From the NCBI GenBank assembly GCA_027035735.1, contig JALVUH010000079.1:1-38016 (forward strand): a stretch of DNA of 38,016 nucleotides. Reading direction: 5' to 3'. The notes under the pieces were generated by a model. The model was given only the letters and a program-made list of their open reading frames with translations. It had not been told where the DNA came from and searched no databases. Positions 19,789 through 29,096 of the stretch are shown here, in pieces. This DNA comes from Nautiliaceae bacterium. Its GTDB lineage: Bacteria > Campylobacterota > Campylobacteria > Campylobacterales > Nautiliaceae. Position 1 is the stretch's first letter. Each line of letters opens with the position of its first letter. The translations under genes were made by a program, and so were the position numbers.

Positions 19789-20747
19789 TTTTTCTCCTTT
19801 AATTTCCAAATTATTATTTCACTTGGTGAATAACTAATTATTGTATTTTCATTTAAAAATTTCATATTAATAAGGGGCATTTGGTGACCTTTTAGTAAAA
19901 ATAGAGGTTTTCCATATATAGTTGAGACTAAAATATTATTATTTTCATCATATTGAAGTGCAAATTTATCTAATTTTGGAGATAGGGCTACTGCATAAGG
20001 CAAGAATTTATCATCCATTTTATAGACCATATTTTTTGTATTTATATCATATATAGCTACTCTTTTATCATCGCTTCCATTAATTACATAATTTTTTACA
20101 AAATCAAGAGCAATTGTTTTATTTTTATTGTATCCCATTAAATCTTCTATTTTTTTACCTGTTTGTGTATTTACAATATGTGCTACTCCGCTTTCATCTC
20201 CAATTACTGCTTTAGTCTTATTTTCATTAAGAGCAAATGTAGAAAATACATAATTTCCTATTTGATTATCATATAAAAATTTTTTGGTTTTTAGATTATA
20301 AAGTAAAACTTCATCACTTAAAAGAGCTAAAAAAATTTCATTATTATTAATATATCTTGCTTGCATAAATAATTTTTTTGATTGAAAATATTTAGTTATT
20401 TTTTTTGTTTTAAAATTATATATAGATAAAATTCTTGTAGCGTTTTCTCCTTGAGTTAAGATTAAAAGATTTTCACCATTTGGGGATATATCAAGTGAAT
20501 AAATCGGCATTGCCATTAAATTTCCCATAAAATCATGAATTTTTGGCAATGTTATTTCAGATAATTTTTTATTTGTTTTAAAATCATTAATTAAAATATG
20601 ACCATTTTCAAGTCCTACTATTAAATATTTTTTATTGAAAGCTACTTTTGAAATATAATAGTTATATCTATAAAATTTATAAGGTTTTAGTGTAGACAAT
20701 GAAAATGCAAATACTATACTCATTAATAATAAAAATAATTTTTTCAT
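19785..20747 (-). CDS. napL: NapL, periplasmic beta-propeller-like nitrate reductase accessory protein
   Basis: Signal peptide and repeated beta-strand blades (ISPNGENLLIL, DESGVAHIVNTQTGKKI). Its position between napF and napD is characteristic of epsilonproteobacterial napAGHBFLD. Confidence 0.75.
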   Translation of the reverse strand: MKKLFLLLMSIVFAFSLSTLKPYKFYRYNYYISKVAFNKKYLIVGLENGHILINDFKTNKKLSEITLPKIHDFMGNLMAMPIYSLDISPNGENLLILTQGENATRILSIYNFKTKKITKYFQSKKLFMQARYINNNEIFLALLSDEVLLYNLKTKKFLYDNQIGNYVFSTFALNENKTKAVIGDESGVAHIVNTQTGKKIEDLMGYNKNKTIALDFVKNYVINGSDDKRVAIYDINTKNMVYKMDDKFLPYAVALSPKLDKFALQYDENNNILVSTIYGKPLFLLKGHQMPLINMKFLNENTIISYSPSEIIIWKLKEKK

Positions 20748-20756
20748 TTTATCTCC

Positions 20757-21233
20757 TTAAACTATCTTCACTTCTATGGCATAAGTAGGACATACACTTA
20801 TACAAAATCCACAAGCTGTGCATTTATCTAAATCAATGATAGGGTTAAACATTCCTTTGTATATTATAGCATTTTCTTCGCATATATCTTGACAAGAAAA
20901 ACACATAGTTTGATTCCATGCAAGACAAGTTTTAGGATTTATTAAAAATTCAGCATTAAGTTTATTTTTTTTATTTTTTATATTTAATACATCTTTAGGA
21001 CAAGCGATTGCACATTCATCACAAAATGTACATCCGTTTATCCCAAATTTAATCGCTGGTTTTTCTTCTTCAATTTCAATAATTTTTTCAGGACATGCTT
21101 TTATGCAAGGTTTATCTTCACATTCAAGACACTTTAAAAAATCTTCTTTTTTTTCAAAATAGGGAGGATAAATAAAAGATTTAAAAGGAGAAGAGACTCT
21201 CCTAAAAAGATTTCTTTTGCTTTTGTCTATCAT
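20757..21233 (-). CDS. napF: NapF, cytoplasmic poly-ferredoxin
   Basis: Four Cys clusters (CLECEDKPCIKACP, CTFCDECAIACP, CFSCQDIC, CTACGFCISVCP). No signal peptide. ATGA overlap with napB. Confidence 0.85.
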   Translation of the reverse strand: MIDKSKRNLFRRVSSPFKSFIYPPYFEKKEDFLKCLECEDKPCIKACPEKIIEIEEEKPAIKFGINGCTFCDECAIACPKDVLNIKNKKNKLNAEFLINPKTCLAWNQTMCFSCQDICEENAIIYKGMFNPIIDLDKCTACGFCISVCPTYAIEVKIV

Positions 21234-21739
21234 TTCATTCCTACACTAGCTTTCATAGATTCAAATCTATTTTCAACTACAGGATTAAGTTTAGCTTGAG
21301 GAGCATGGCAAGTTGTACAGAAATATCTACTACCAGCTACTCTTCTCACATGTTTTCCATTTTCAAAATTATCAACAAAATGATCAGGTGGCATAGGAGT
21401 AACACCTAAAGCTTTTGCATTTTGTGGTAAGTGACAATTTAGACACATATTATTGTGAACAGTAATTGGAACCATACCTTTAATACTATGAGGAATCATT
21501 GGAGGTGCTGTTACATAAGAAGTTTTATAAAGTTTAACTTTTCCAGGAATTGGAGGTTGATTGTTATATTGAACAACAGGTAAATTTTGTGAATCTTTTT
21601 CAAGTCCAGCTTTTCTAATACCGGTGATTTTTACAGGCTTTTCTGAAACAGTATTATTATTTGCAGATGTCATTTTTTGATTACATCCAGTTAATAATAA
21701 AAGTGCAGTTGCTGCACTAATTAGAGCTATTTTTTTCAT
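21230..21739 (-). CDS. napB: NapB, dihaem cytochrome c subunit of periplasmic nitrate reductase
   Basis: Two CXXCH motifs (CLNCH, CTTCH) with typical NapB spacing. The N-terminal signal ends in a lipobox-like LLTGC. RBS AGGAG upstream. Confidence 0.88.
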   Translation of the reverse strand: MKKIALISAATALLLLTGCNQKMTSANNNTVSEKPVKITGIRKAGLEKDSQNLPVVQYNNQPPIPGKVKLYKTSYVTAPPMIPHSIKGMVPITVHNNMCLNCHLPQNAKALGVTPMPPDHFVDNFENGKHVRRVAGSRYFCTTCHAPQAKLNPVVENRFESMKASVGMK

Positions 21740-22562
21740 TTTTTTCTCCTTTTATAAAATTTCTAAGTGAAAATTTTAAAGCATTATCTTCACATACCTC
21801 AATACATCTTCCACAATTTGTACATTCTATTCCTGTAATATAATCATCTTTTTTATTAATTACAGGTCCTAAAACTTGAGCTTCTGGACATACCATGAAG
21901 CAATTTCCGCAGTTTGTGCAATTTTCTTTTGTATGATATACGCGGATTATATTTTTAGCTCCTATTAGGCTATACATTGCGCCTACAGGACAAATATGTC
22001 CACACCATCCATTTTTAAGAACAAATGCATCAAAAATAAAAATTACTAAAAGCCATACCCATCCAAATCCTAAAGTAAACGCAACTCCTCTTGTAAAAAT
22101 TCCTATAGGATTTATAAATTCATATGCTGCTGCACCTATAATTGTTGAAAAAATAAGCATTGCAATCAAAAATGCATATCTAAATTTTTTGATTTTCATT
22201 GCACTTACTAAGTTATCTTTTTCATGATGGGTTTTTCTTCTAACCCATGCAGCTAAATCTGTAATTAAATTTACAGGACATACCCAGCTACAATAAGCTC
22301 TTCCTCCAATAATTCCATAAAAAAGCAATACTACAATTAATCCAATAATCAAATTTGAACTAATTACAGCTCCTGCAAATAACATTTGTAAAAATGCATA
22401 AGGGTCAGTTAATGGAATAGTATTAAATAATTTTGAAAAACTTAAATTTCCAATTAATACTTTCCATCCATAATAATTTGCTCCAAAATATAAAAACAAA
22501 ATTAAAAATTGTGTAATACGTCTAAGGATAAGATATCTATTTTTTGTAATTAATTTAATCAT
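21717..22562 (-). CDS. napH: NapH, membrane quinol dehydrogenase subunit
   Basis: Four TM helices, two CX3CP motifs (CSWVCPVN, CGHICPVG), and a C-terminal 2x[4Fe-4S] region (CTNCGNCFMVCP, CTNCGRCIEVC). Confidence 0.9.
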   Translation of the reverse strand: MIKLITKNRYLILRRITQFLILFLYFGANYYGWKVLIGNLSFSKLFNTIPLTDPYAFLQMLFAGAVISSNLIIGLIVVLLFYGIIGGRAYCSWVCPVNLITDLAAWVRRKTHHEKDNLVSAMKIKKFRYAFLIAMLIFSTIIGAAAYEFINPIGIFTRGVAFTLGFGWVWLLVIFIFDAFVLKNGWCGHICPVGAMYSLIGAKNIIRVYHTKENCTNCGNCFMVCPEAQVLGPVINKKDDYITGIECTNCGRCIEVCEDNALKFSLRNFIKGEKNEKNSSN

Positions 22563-23370
22563 TCCAATTTACTCCCTGATTTAAGTTTTGAATAGGATTT
22601 TCGCTACTCCAAGGAGTTTTTGTTGTTGTTTTAGTGCTTGCATTTTTGACTCTTTGTTGGTCTTGTTTGCTCCATCCTTTGACGTATCTATTGCTAACTT
22701 TACCAAGAAATACTTCTCTTGGAAAGATTTTAATAGCTGGTTTTTCAGTAATACATGCCATTTCGCACATTCCACATCCTGTGCAATACTTTTCATGAAC
22801 TACAGGTATTCTGTAGGCATGTTCTCCTGTTCTTTCATTTGGTTTCCATTCAATTGTAATTGCTTTATCCATTTCAGGACATGCTCTATAACATGCAGTA
22901 CATTGCAATCCCCAAAATGCAATACAACTACTAGGATCAATTACAGCAACACCCATTTTAGCGTAATCAATTGCTACTTCGCCTTTATCATTTTGACACT
23001 CTTTTGGAGTTAATGCCCCTGTAGGGCAAGCATACATACAAGGAATATCATCGCACATAAAACATGGCCCTGTTCTTGGATGAAAAAATGGTGTCCCAAT
23101 AGGAGCATTATCTCCCGGTGCTGCTAAATACAAAGTATCTATCTCTTTTCCATTAATAATCATTTTATTCTCTCTATTTTTGCAAGCGTCAACACATAGA
23201 CCACATCTAATACATGTTTTTATGAATTCTTTTTCAGGTAAAGCACCTGGAGGTCTAAGTGCTAAAGGTTTATCTTTATTTTCCTCCGCAAATGCACTTG
23301 CAATAGCACCAGCAGCAGTCGCTGCTGCTGATAGCTGAATTAGATTATTAAGGAATGTTCTTCTATCCAA
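22555..23370 (-). CDS. napG: NapG, periplasmic (Tat-exported) poly-ferredoxin
   Basis: Twin-arginine signal MDRRTFL. Four Fe-S motifs (CIRCGLCVDAC, CFMCDDIPCMYACP, CTACYRACP, CTGCGMCEMAC). Confidence 0.9.
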   Translation of the reverse strand: MDRRTFLNNLIQLSAAATAAGAIASAFAEENKDKPLALRPPGALPEKEFIKTCIRCGLCVDACKNRENKMIINGKEIDTLYLAAPGDNAPIGTPFFHPRTGPCFMCDDIPCMYACPTGALTPKECQNDKGEVAIDYAKMGVAVIDPSSCIAFWGLQCTACYRACPEMDKAITIEWKPNERTGEHAYRIPVVHEKYCTGCGMCEMACITEKPAIKIFPREVFLGKVSNRYVKGWSKQDQQRVKNASTKTTTKTPWSSENPIQNLNQGVNWND

Positions 23371-23378
23371 AATATCTC

Positions 23379-26198
23379 CTATGCTTTATAAATTTTAACT
23401 GCTGATTTTTTATAATCTGTTTCTTTACTTAATGGACAAGTTGCATCAAGTGTACATTTATTAATTAATATTTTTTCATCAAACCATGGAAGCATTACAA
23501 GACCTCTTGGAGGTTTATTTCTACCTCTTGTTTCAATTCTTGCTTTAACTTTTCCTCTTCTAGATTCAATAACTACTAAATCAAATCTTTCAAGACCTAG
23601 CTCTTTTGCATCTTCAGGATTCATGTATAATAATGCTTCTGGCATTGCACGATATAATTCTGGAACTCTCATAGTCATAGTTCCTGTATGCCACTGTTCA
23701 AGAACTCTTCCTGTACATAGCCAGAATTTATATCCTTTTGTATCATATTTAGGATCTTCCGGATGCACCATAAACGGTCTCCAGAATATTTTTGCTTTAT
23801 TTGGTAATGGATATTTTTTATGAGTTTTAGGACCTTTTAAATCACCTTTTGGAATTGCTTTAAGAAGTGGTCCATAAAATGCAAATTTATCACCAGGTTT
23901 TGCATATTTTCTTGCATATGGGTCATAATTTACATTGAATCTCCATTTTGTTTCATGTCCATTTACTACTGGCCATCTAAGTCCTCTTACTTTTTGATAT
24001 GTATCAAAGTCTGCTAAATCATGACCTCTACCAAGACCAAATTTTCTATATTCTTCCCACATAGCTTTTTGGATAAAGAAACCATATCCTTTAAATACTT
24101 TACCATCACTTCCTACAACATTTCTGAAATCTCCCTCAGCTTCAGTATTTGGATGCATTCTACCGCCTTCATCTCTAGCAATTGGATCTGGCCATGGGAA
24201 ATTTTTGCGGTATTCTTCTCTATTAAATAATACATCAAATAATGTATCTTCTGGAGAATAACCCATTGCTTTTGCTTCTTCTAATACATCTGGTAAGACT
24301 GTTCCATCAGGAAGTTTCCATTCATGCCATACTTCTTTTAATTTAAATCTTTTAGCAAATTCTGTTAATTGCCATAAATCAGGCATTGCTTCACCAGGTG
24401 CTATTACTTGTTGTCTCCAATGTTGAGTTCTTCTCTCAGCATTACCATAAGCTCCCCATTTTTCATAAATCATAGCAGATGGCAATACTAAATCAGCTAC
24501 TCTTGGAGATACTCCTGGATAACAATCACTAACTACAATGAAGTTATCCATAGTTCTTGCTGCTTTTAACCAGTGATTTGCATTTGCTGTATCTTGCCAA
24601 GGGTTATTTACTTGAGCCCATACCCATTTTAAATTACCAGCTTCAAGTTCTCTCATCATTTTTACATAATGATATCCAACTTTTGGATTAATTGTTCCAT
24701 GAGGAATTTTCCATAATTTTTCTGCTATTCTTCTGTGTTTAGGATTTGCTACAAGTAAATCTGCTGGAAGTCTGTGAGCAAATGTTCCAACTTCTCTTGC
24801 AGTACCACAAGCACTAGGTTGACCTGTAAGAGAGAATGCTCCATTTCCAGGTTCTGATTGTTTTCCAAGAAGTAGATGAATCATATAAATTTGTTCATTA
24901 ACCCAGCTTCCTCTAACATGTTGGTTGAATCCCATTGTCCAGAAAGATATTATTTTTCTGTTTGGATCACAATATAAATCAGCTAATTTTTTAAGTTTTG
25001 CTTTAAAGCTTTCAAGTGATTCGTCTTTATCACCTTTTGCTACTTTTGCTACATAATCAAGTGTATATGGTTCAAGTCCTTTTTTGAATTCTTCAAATGT
25101 AATTTCCCAATGTTTGAATGGGCCTTTTCCATTGGCATGTTTCATATACATAATATCTCCGGCTTTCCATTTACCAATTGGGCTAAGTGCTATACCTTCT
25201 TCTTCTGTTACTACTTTTTCAACTTGTTTTTCTACAGTATCTTTTTCTTTTGGAGTTACATATGGTGAATTTGGATTTCTCATACCATATCCAATATCAG
25301 GGAAACCTGTTGCAAATACTGTGTATTTTTTAACAAAATCCCAATTTACTTTATTTCTATGAACAATTTCTCTTGCGATATAGTTCATAATTGCAAGGTC
25401 AGTATTTGGTCTAAAAATAATTTCCATATCTGCAAGGTTTGAACATCTGTTTCTGTAAGTTGAAAGGTTAACTATATAATATTTATCTGGATTATTTAGT
25501 TTTGCATCAGATACCCTTGCCCATAGAATAGGATGCATTTCTGCCATATTAGCACCCCAAGTAATAACAGTATCAGTAAGTTCAATATCATCATAACAAC
25601 CAGCTGGTTCATCAATTCCAAATGTTTGATAAAATCCAACAACTGCACTTGCCATACAGTGTCTTGCATTTGGATCTAAGTTATTACTTCTCCATCCAGC
25701 TTTTACTAATTTTTCTGCTACATAACCTTCTTCAATTGTATATTGACCCGAACCAAAGATACCTATTGATGTTGGTCCATATTTGTTATAGTATTTTTTA
25801 AATTGTCTTTCCATTTCATCAAATGCTCTTTTCCAGCTAACAGGTCTAAATGGAGCATTTTTATCAAATTCACCATTTTCATTTAATCTAAGTAACGGTT
25901 GAGTTAATCTATCAGCACCATACATAATTTTGGCATTAAAATAACCTTTAATACAGTTAATTCCTCTATTAACTGGATTTAGAGGGTCACCTTTTACTGC
26001 TACACATTTATTATCTTTTGTAGCAATCATAATACCACATCCAGTTCCACAAAATCTACAAACAGCTTTGTCCCAGTGCCAGCCTTGTTGAGCTTCTTCA
26101 GCTTGTGCTTTTGCATCTTCTGGGATAGATAATCCTACAGCGCTTGCTGCTGCAACTGCTGCGGTTGTTTTAAGAAAATCTCTTCTATTCATTGACAT
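23379..26198 (-). CDS. napA: periplasmic nitrate reductase catalytic subunit NapA (Mo-bisMGD, [4Fe-4S])
   Basis: Tat signal [21 protein letters not shown]-terminal cluster motif CRFCGTGCG. About 940-aa molybdopterin oxidoreductase with NapA-like sequence throughout. AGGAG lies 6 nt before the ATG. Confidence 0.96.
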   Translation of the reverse strand: MSMNRRDFLKTTAAVAAASAVGLSIPEDAKAQAEEAQQGWHWDKAVCRFCGTGCGIMIATKDNKCVAVKGDPLNPVNRGINCIKGYFNAKIMYGADRLTQPLLRLNENGEFDKNAPFRPVSWKRAFDEMERQFKKYYNKYGPTSIGIFGSGQYTIEEGYVAEKLVKAGWRSNNLDPNARHCMASAVVGFYQTFGIDEPAGCYDDIELTDTVITWGANMAEMHPILWARVSDAKLNNPDKYYIVNLSTYRNRCSNLADMEIIFRPNTDLAIMNYIAREIVHRNKVNWDFVKKYTVFATGFPDIGYGMRNPNSPYVTPKEKDTVEKQVEKVVTEEEGIALSPIGKWKAGDIMYMKHANGKGPFKHWEITFEEFKKGLEPYTLDYVAKVAKGDKDESLESFKAKLKKLADLYCDPNRKIISFWTMGFNQHVRGSWVNEQIYMIHLLLGKQSEPGNGAFSLTGQPSACGTAREVGTFAHRLPADLLVANPKHRRIAEKLWKIPHGTINPKVGYHYVKMMRELEAGNLKWVWAQVNNPWQDTANANHWLKAARTMDNFIVVSDCYPGVSPRVADLVLPSAMIYEKWGAYGNAERRTQHWRQQVIAPGEAMPDLWQLTEFAKRFKLKEVWHEWKLPDGTVLPDVLEEAKAMGYSPEDTLFDVLFNREEYRKNFPWPDPIARDEGGRMHPNTEAEGDFRNVVGSDGKVFKGYGFFIQKAMWEEYRKFGLGRGHDLADFDTYQKVRGLRWPVVNGHETKWRFNVNYDPYARKYAKPGDKFAFYGPLLKAIPKGDLKGPKTHKKYPLPNKAKIFWRPFMVHPEDPKYDTKGYKFWLCTGRVLEQWHTGTMTMRVPELYRAMPEALLYMNPEDAKELGLERFDLVVIESRRGKVKARIETRGRNKPPRGLVMLPWFDEKILINKCTLDATCPLSKETDYKKSAVKIYKA

Positions 26199-26285
26199 AT
26201 TTCACTCCTTTTGGGATTTTAACAATATTATGATAACTCTTTTACAGTCTTTAAACAAGTTTTTAAGTTAAATTTAAGTAAAAAA

Positions 26286-26300
26286 GCACTTATAAGGCAC
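26286..26300 (+). promoter_or_regulatory. GCAC-N7-GCAC direct repeat in the napA/modA divergent region
   Basis: AGCACTTATAAGGCAC, with half-sites starting at 26286 and 26297 (11-bp spacing). It ends 10 nt upstream of the TTGACA -35 of the mod promoter and lies ~90-100 nt upstream of the napA ATG. Confidence 0.4.
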
Positions 26301-26310
26301 TTTTTTTAAA

Positions 26311-26339
26311 TTGACATTATTTTGAATTTAATATACAAT
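26311..26339 (+). promoter_or_regulatory. sigma-70-type promoter of the mod operon leader
   Basis: TTGACA (26311-26316), a 17-nt spacer, then TACAAT (26334-26339). The predicted TSS near 26346 gives a ~150-nt leader. Confidence 0.6.
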
Positions 26340-26345
26340 TATCAA

Positions 26346-26497
26346 AAAGGGTTTCGAGCTATATTTCCTAAGGCTTAAGCTATGGAGGTATAGCCGATAG
26401 GGTTTAATTTGAAAAAATTAAGCCTCCCGAGTTGGAAAGAAACCCTGCCTCCATAAAGGCTTTATTTCCACTCGGGAGAGCCTTTATGGAGGATAAA
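26346..26497 (+). promoter_or_regulatory. structured 5' leader, probable molybdenum-cofactor (Moco) riboswitch with an SD-sequestering helix
   Basis: Complementary segments: 26349-26355/26439-26445 (GGGTTTC/GAAACCC), 26371-26378/26418-26425 (AGGCTTAA/TTAAGCCT), hairpin 26379-26394, 26424-26431/26471-26478 (CTCCCGAG/CTCGGGAG). There is also a perfect 13-bp helix, 26448-26460/26480-26492 (CCTCCATAAAGGC/GCCTTTATGGAGG), that buries the modA GGAGG. Elements such as GCCUCCCGAG, GGAAAG and AAAGGC, and the position before modA, fit the Moco motif as I recall it. Confidence 0.55.
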
Positions 26498-27205
26498 ATG
26501 AAAAAATTTTTATTTTTTATTTTAAGTGTTAGTTTATTTGCTTCTCAAATATATGTAGCAGCTTCTGCTAATCTTACATATGTAATGCCAAGTATTGTTA
26601 AAGCTTTTAATAAAAAATATCCAAATATAAAAGTTAGATTTATAACTTCAAGTAGTGGTAAGCTTACAGCTCAAATTTTGAGAGGAGCTCCTTATGATAT
26701 TTTTTTATCTGCTAATATGAAATATCCAAAATTTCTTTATTCAAAAGGAATAGGGATTTTACCTCCTCAAATTTATGCAAGAGGGAAAATAGGTCTTTTT
26801 TCTCTTAAATATAAAAATTTATCGTTAAAAAATCTTTCAAATTATAAAACTATAGCCATTTCAAAACCTCAAACAACTCCTTATGGAAAAGCAGCGGTTG
26901 AAGCATTTAAAAATTCTAGTATTTATTCTAAAATAAAAGATAAATTAGTATATGCAGAAACAATTCCTGCTGTAATTTCTTATGTAAAAAATGGAGCTGA
27001 TGTGGGTGTTATAAGTAAATCTTTAATTTATTCAAATAATATAAAAAGAATGAAATTTTATTACAAAGATATAAATACATCACTTTATAAACCAATTAAT
27101 CAGGCCGAATTGTTAATTAGTAAAAATTTAGATGCTAAAAAATTTTATCAATTTTTATTAACGAATAAAGCAAGAAAAATATTTAAAAAATTTGGATATC
27201 AATGA
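26498..27205 (+). CDS. modA: molybdate ABC transporter periplasmic binding protein ModA
   Basis: The ATG at 26498 lies 5 nt after GGAGG. Signal peptide MKKFLFFILSVSLFA. Motifs AASANLTYVM and SSSGKLTAQI are typical of ModA. The ORF-track TTG start at 26432 lies inside the structured leader and is rejected. Confidence 0.88.
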   Translation: MKKFLFFILSVSLFASQIYVAASANLTYVMPSIVKAFNKKYPNIKVRFITSSSGKLTAQILRGAPYDIFLSANMKYPKFLYSKGIGILPPQIYARGKIGLFSLKYKNLSLKNLSNYKTIAISKPQTTPYGKAAVEAFKNSSIYSKIKDKLVYAETIPAVISYVKNGADVGVISKSLIYSNNIKRMKFYYKDINTSLYKPINQAELLISKNLDAKKFYQFLLTNKARKIFKKFGYQ

Positions 27206-27567
27206 ATATAATTATCTCAAAGTTAAAAAACATCAAAAGTTTAGATAATTTAAATTTATTGTATTTTGAAGAGGTAAAAGTTTTGATTTTACAAATGAAT
27301 TTAGATATTAAAATTAATCAAAAAGCAAAACTTTATATAAAACCTACAAAGCTTTTTTTAAGTAAAGAAAAGTGTGAATTTGAAAATAGATTAAAAGTTA
27401 ATATCAAAAATATAACAAAGGGAGAAATTTTAGCTTCTATTATATGTGAATATAAAAATTTTGAAATAGAAGTTATAATGCTAAAAGAGTGTATAAATTT
27501 TGAAAATGAAGCATATTTATATTTTAAAGCAAGTGATATTTCTATTGTAGAGGTAATAAATGATTGA
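27202..27567 (+). CDS. stand-alone TOBE/Mop-like (molybdate-binding fold) protein
   Basis: 121 aa, ATGA overlap with modA. The C-terminal half (NRLKVNIKNITKGEILASIICEYKNFEIEVIMLKE...AYLYFKASDISI) resembles a TOBE beta-barrel. I recall a gene in the same slot of the Campylobacter mod locus. Confidence 0.55.
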   Translation: MNIIISKLKNIKSLDNLNLLYFEEVKVLILQMNLDIKINQKAKLYIKPTKLFLSKEKCEFENRLKVNIKNITKGEILASIICEYKNFEIEVIMLKECINFENEAYLYFKASDISIVEVIND

Positions 27568-28237
27568 TTTTACTCCTTTTATTTTATCTTTTAAGTTAGC
27601 TTTTATAGTAACATTGATTTTACTTTTTATAGGTATTCCATATGCATGGTATCTTTCAAATACAAAATCAAAAATCAAACCTTTTTTAGAGACTATTACC
27701 GCTCTTCCTATAGTATTACCTCCTTCTGTTTTAGGGTTTTATTTACTTGTATTTTTATCTCCTGATTCTTTTTTGGGAGGAGTGGTGTATAAATTATTTC
27801 ATTTAAAATTGGTTTTTTCTTTTCCAGGGCTTGTAGTAGCAAGTAGTATTTACTCTTTTCCTTTTATGATTCAGCCTATTCAGAGTGGATTTGATACGTT
27901 AAATAAAAATATTATTGAAGCTTCTTATCTTAGTGGAAAGAGTAGATTAACTACACTTTTTAAAGTTATATTGCCAAATATAAAATCTTCACTTCTTACG
28001 GCGATTGTTATTACATTTGCTCATACTATAGGAGAATTTGGAGTAGTTTTAATGGTTGGAGGATCAATTCCAGGTAAAACAGAGGTTGCTAGTGTGGCAA
28101 TTTATGATTATGTTGAAAATTTAGATTATCATTCAGCTCATATATATAGTGCAATTTTACTTATAATTAGTTTTTTGGTGTTGTTTTTTGTATATTTTAT
28201 AAATCATAATCAAAGAAAGAGATATGATTTATATTAA
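27560..28237 (+). CDS. modB: molybdate ABC transporter permease ModB
   Basis: Five TM helices with the EAA-type loop (IIEASYLSGKSRLTTLFKVILP). Confidence 0.9.
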   Translation: MIDFTPFILSFKLAFIVTLILLFIGIPYAWYLSNTKSKIKPFLETITALPIVLPPSVLGFYLLVFLSPDSFLGGVVYKLFHLKLVFSFPGLVVASSIYSFPFMIQPIQSGFDTLNKNIIEASYLSGKSRLTTLFKVILPNIKSSLLTAIVITFAHTIGEFGVVLMVGGSIPGKTEVASVAIYDYVENLDYHSAHIYSAILLIISFLVLFFVYFINHNQRKRYDLY

Positions 28238-29096
28238 TGTTAGAAAAAAGTTAAGTGGTGTAATTGAAAATATGGAGTTGGAATTTAAATTAAATATTAA
28301 AAAAGGGGAGTTTTTAGCAATTATAGGAGAGAGTGGTAGTGGAAAAACTACACTTCTTAGAATTATTGCAGGCCTTGAAAAAAGTGAAGGTGAAATAATA
28401 GTAGATAAAGAAATATGGCAAAATGAAAAAATTTTTTTACCTCCTCAAAAAAGAGAAATTGGATTTGTTTTTCAAGATTTTGCGCTTTTTCCTAATATGA
28501 ATGTTTTAGAAAATTTATTATATGTAAAAAATGATAAAGATTTAGCTAATCATTTATTAAAAATTAGTGGTATAGAAAATTTAAAAAATAGATATCCAAA
28601 TACTCTTAGTGGAGGTCAAAAACAAAGAGTAGCACTTGCTAGAGCTTTGATGAGAAAGCCTAAAATTTTGCTTTTAGATGAACCTTTTTCTGCACTTGAT
28701 GAGAAAAGAAGAGAAGATTTACAAGATAGATTATATTTTTTTCATAAAGAATTTGATTTAACTACAATAATGGTTAGTCATTCTTCAAGTGAAGTATATA
28801 AATTAGCAGATAATTTGGTAGAATTAAATTATGGAAAAATAAAAAGATATGGAAATGCTAAAAAACTTTTGATAAATTCAAAAACAAGTGAAAAATTTAC
28901 AATAAGAGGAAAGCTTATTGATATAATAAAAGCAGATATTATAAATATTGCAGTAGTGAGTGTGGGGAATAATATTATTGAATGTGTAATATCTCAAAAT
29001 GAAGCAAAAAATTTAAAAATTGGAGATAATGTAATACTTTCAACGAAAGCATTTCATCCAAATATAAGGGTTATTAATGAGAATATTATTAGTTGA
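28224..29096 (+). CDS. modC: molybdate ABC transporter ATPase ModC with C-terminal TOBE domain
   Basis: Walker A GESGSGKTT, signature LSGGQKQRVALARAL, Walker B LLLDEPFSALD, and a C-terminal TOBE-like beta domain (FTIRGKLIDII...IGDNVILSTKAFHPNI). Confidence 0.9.
   Translation: MIYINVRKKLSGVIENMELEFKLNIKKGEFLAIIGESGSGKTTLLRIIAGLEKSEGEIIVDKEIWQNEKIFLPPQKREIGFVFQDFALFPNMNVLENLLYVKNDKDLANHLLKISGIENLKNRYPNTLSGGQKQRVALARALMRKPKILLLDEPFSALDEKRREDLQDRLYFFHKEFDLTTIMVSHSSSEVYKLADNLVELNYGKIKRYGNAKKLLINSKTSEKFTIRGKLIDIIKADIINIAVVSVGNNIIECVISQNEAKNLKIGDNVILSTKAFHPNIRVINENIIS

Noticed and set aside
19789-19809. Longer NapD start (MEIKGEK...) and the GTG start of haoA at 19364
   Set aside because: The downstream ATGs at 19788 and 19358 have well-spaced AGGAG sites. 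For napD the ATG also gives a classic ATGA stop/start overlap with napL.
26216-26232. Candidate napA -10 elements on the minus strand: TGtTAAAAT at 26224->26216, or CATAAT at 26232->26227
   Set aside because: The two candidates compete and neither has a convincing -35. The first would leave only an ~11-nt leader. They are not reported as features without TSS data.
26432-26497. N-terminal extension of modA in the ORF track (TTG start, MERNPASIKALFPLGRAFMEDK...)
   Set aside because: The extension runs through the structured leader and has no RBS. It precedes an ATG with a GGAGG RBS and a canonical signal peptide beginning MKKFLFF, so the true start is taken as 26498.
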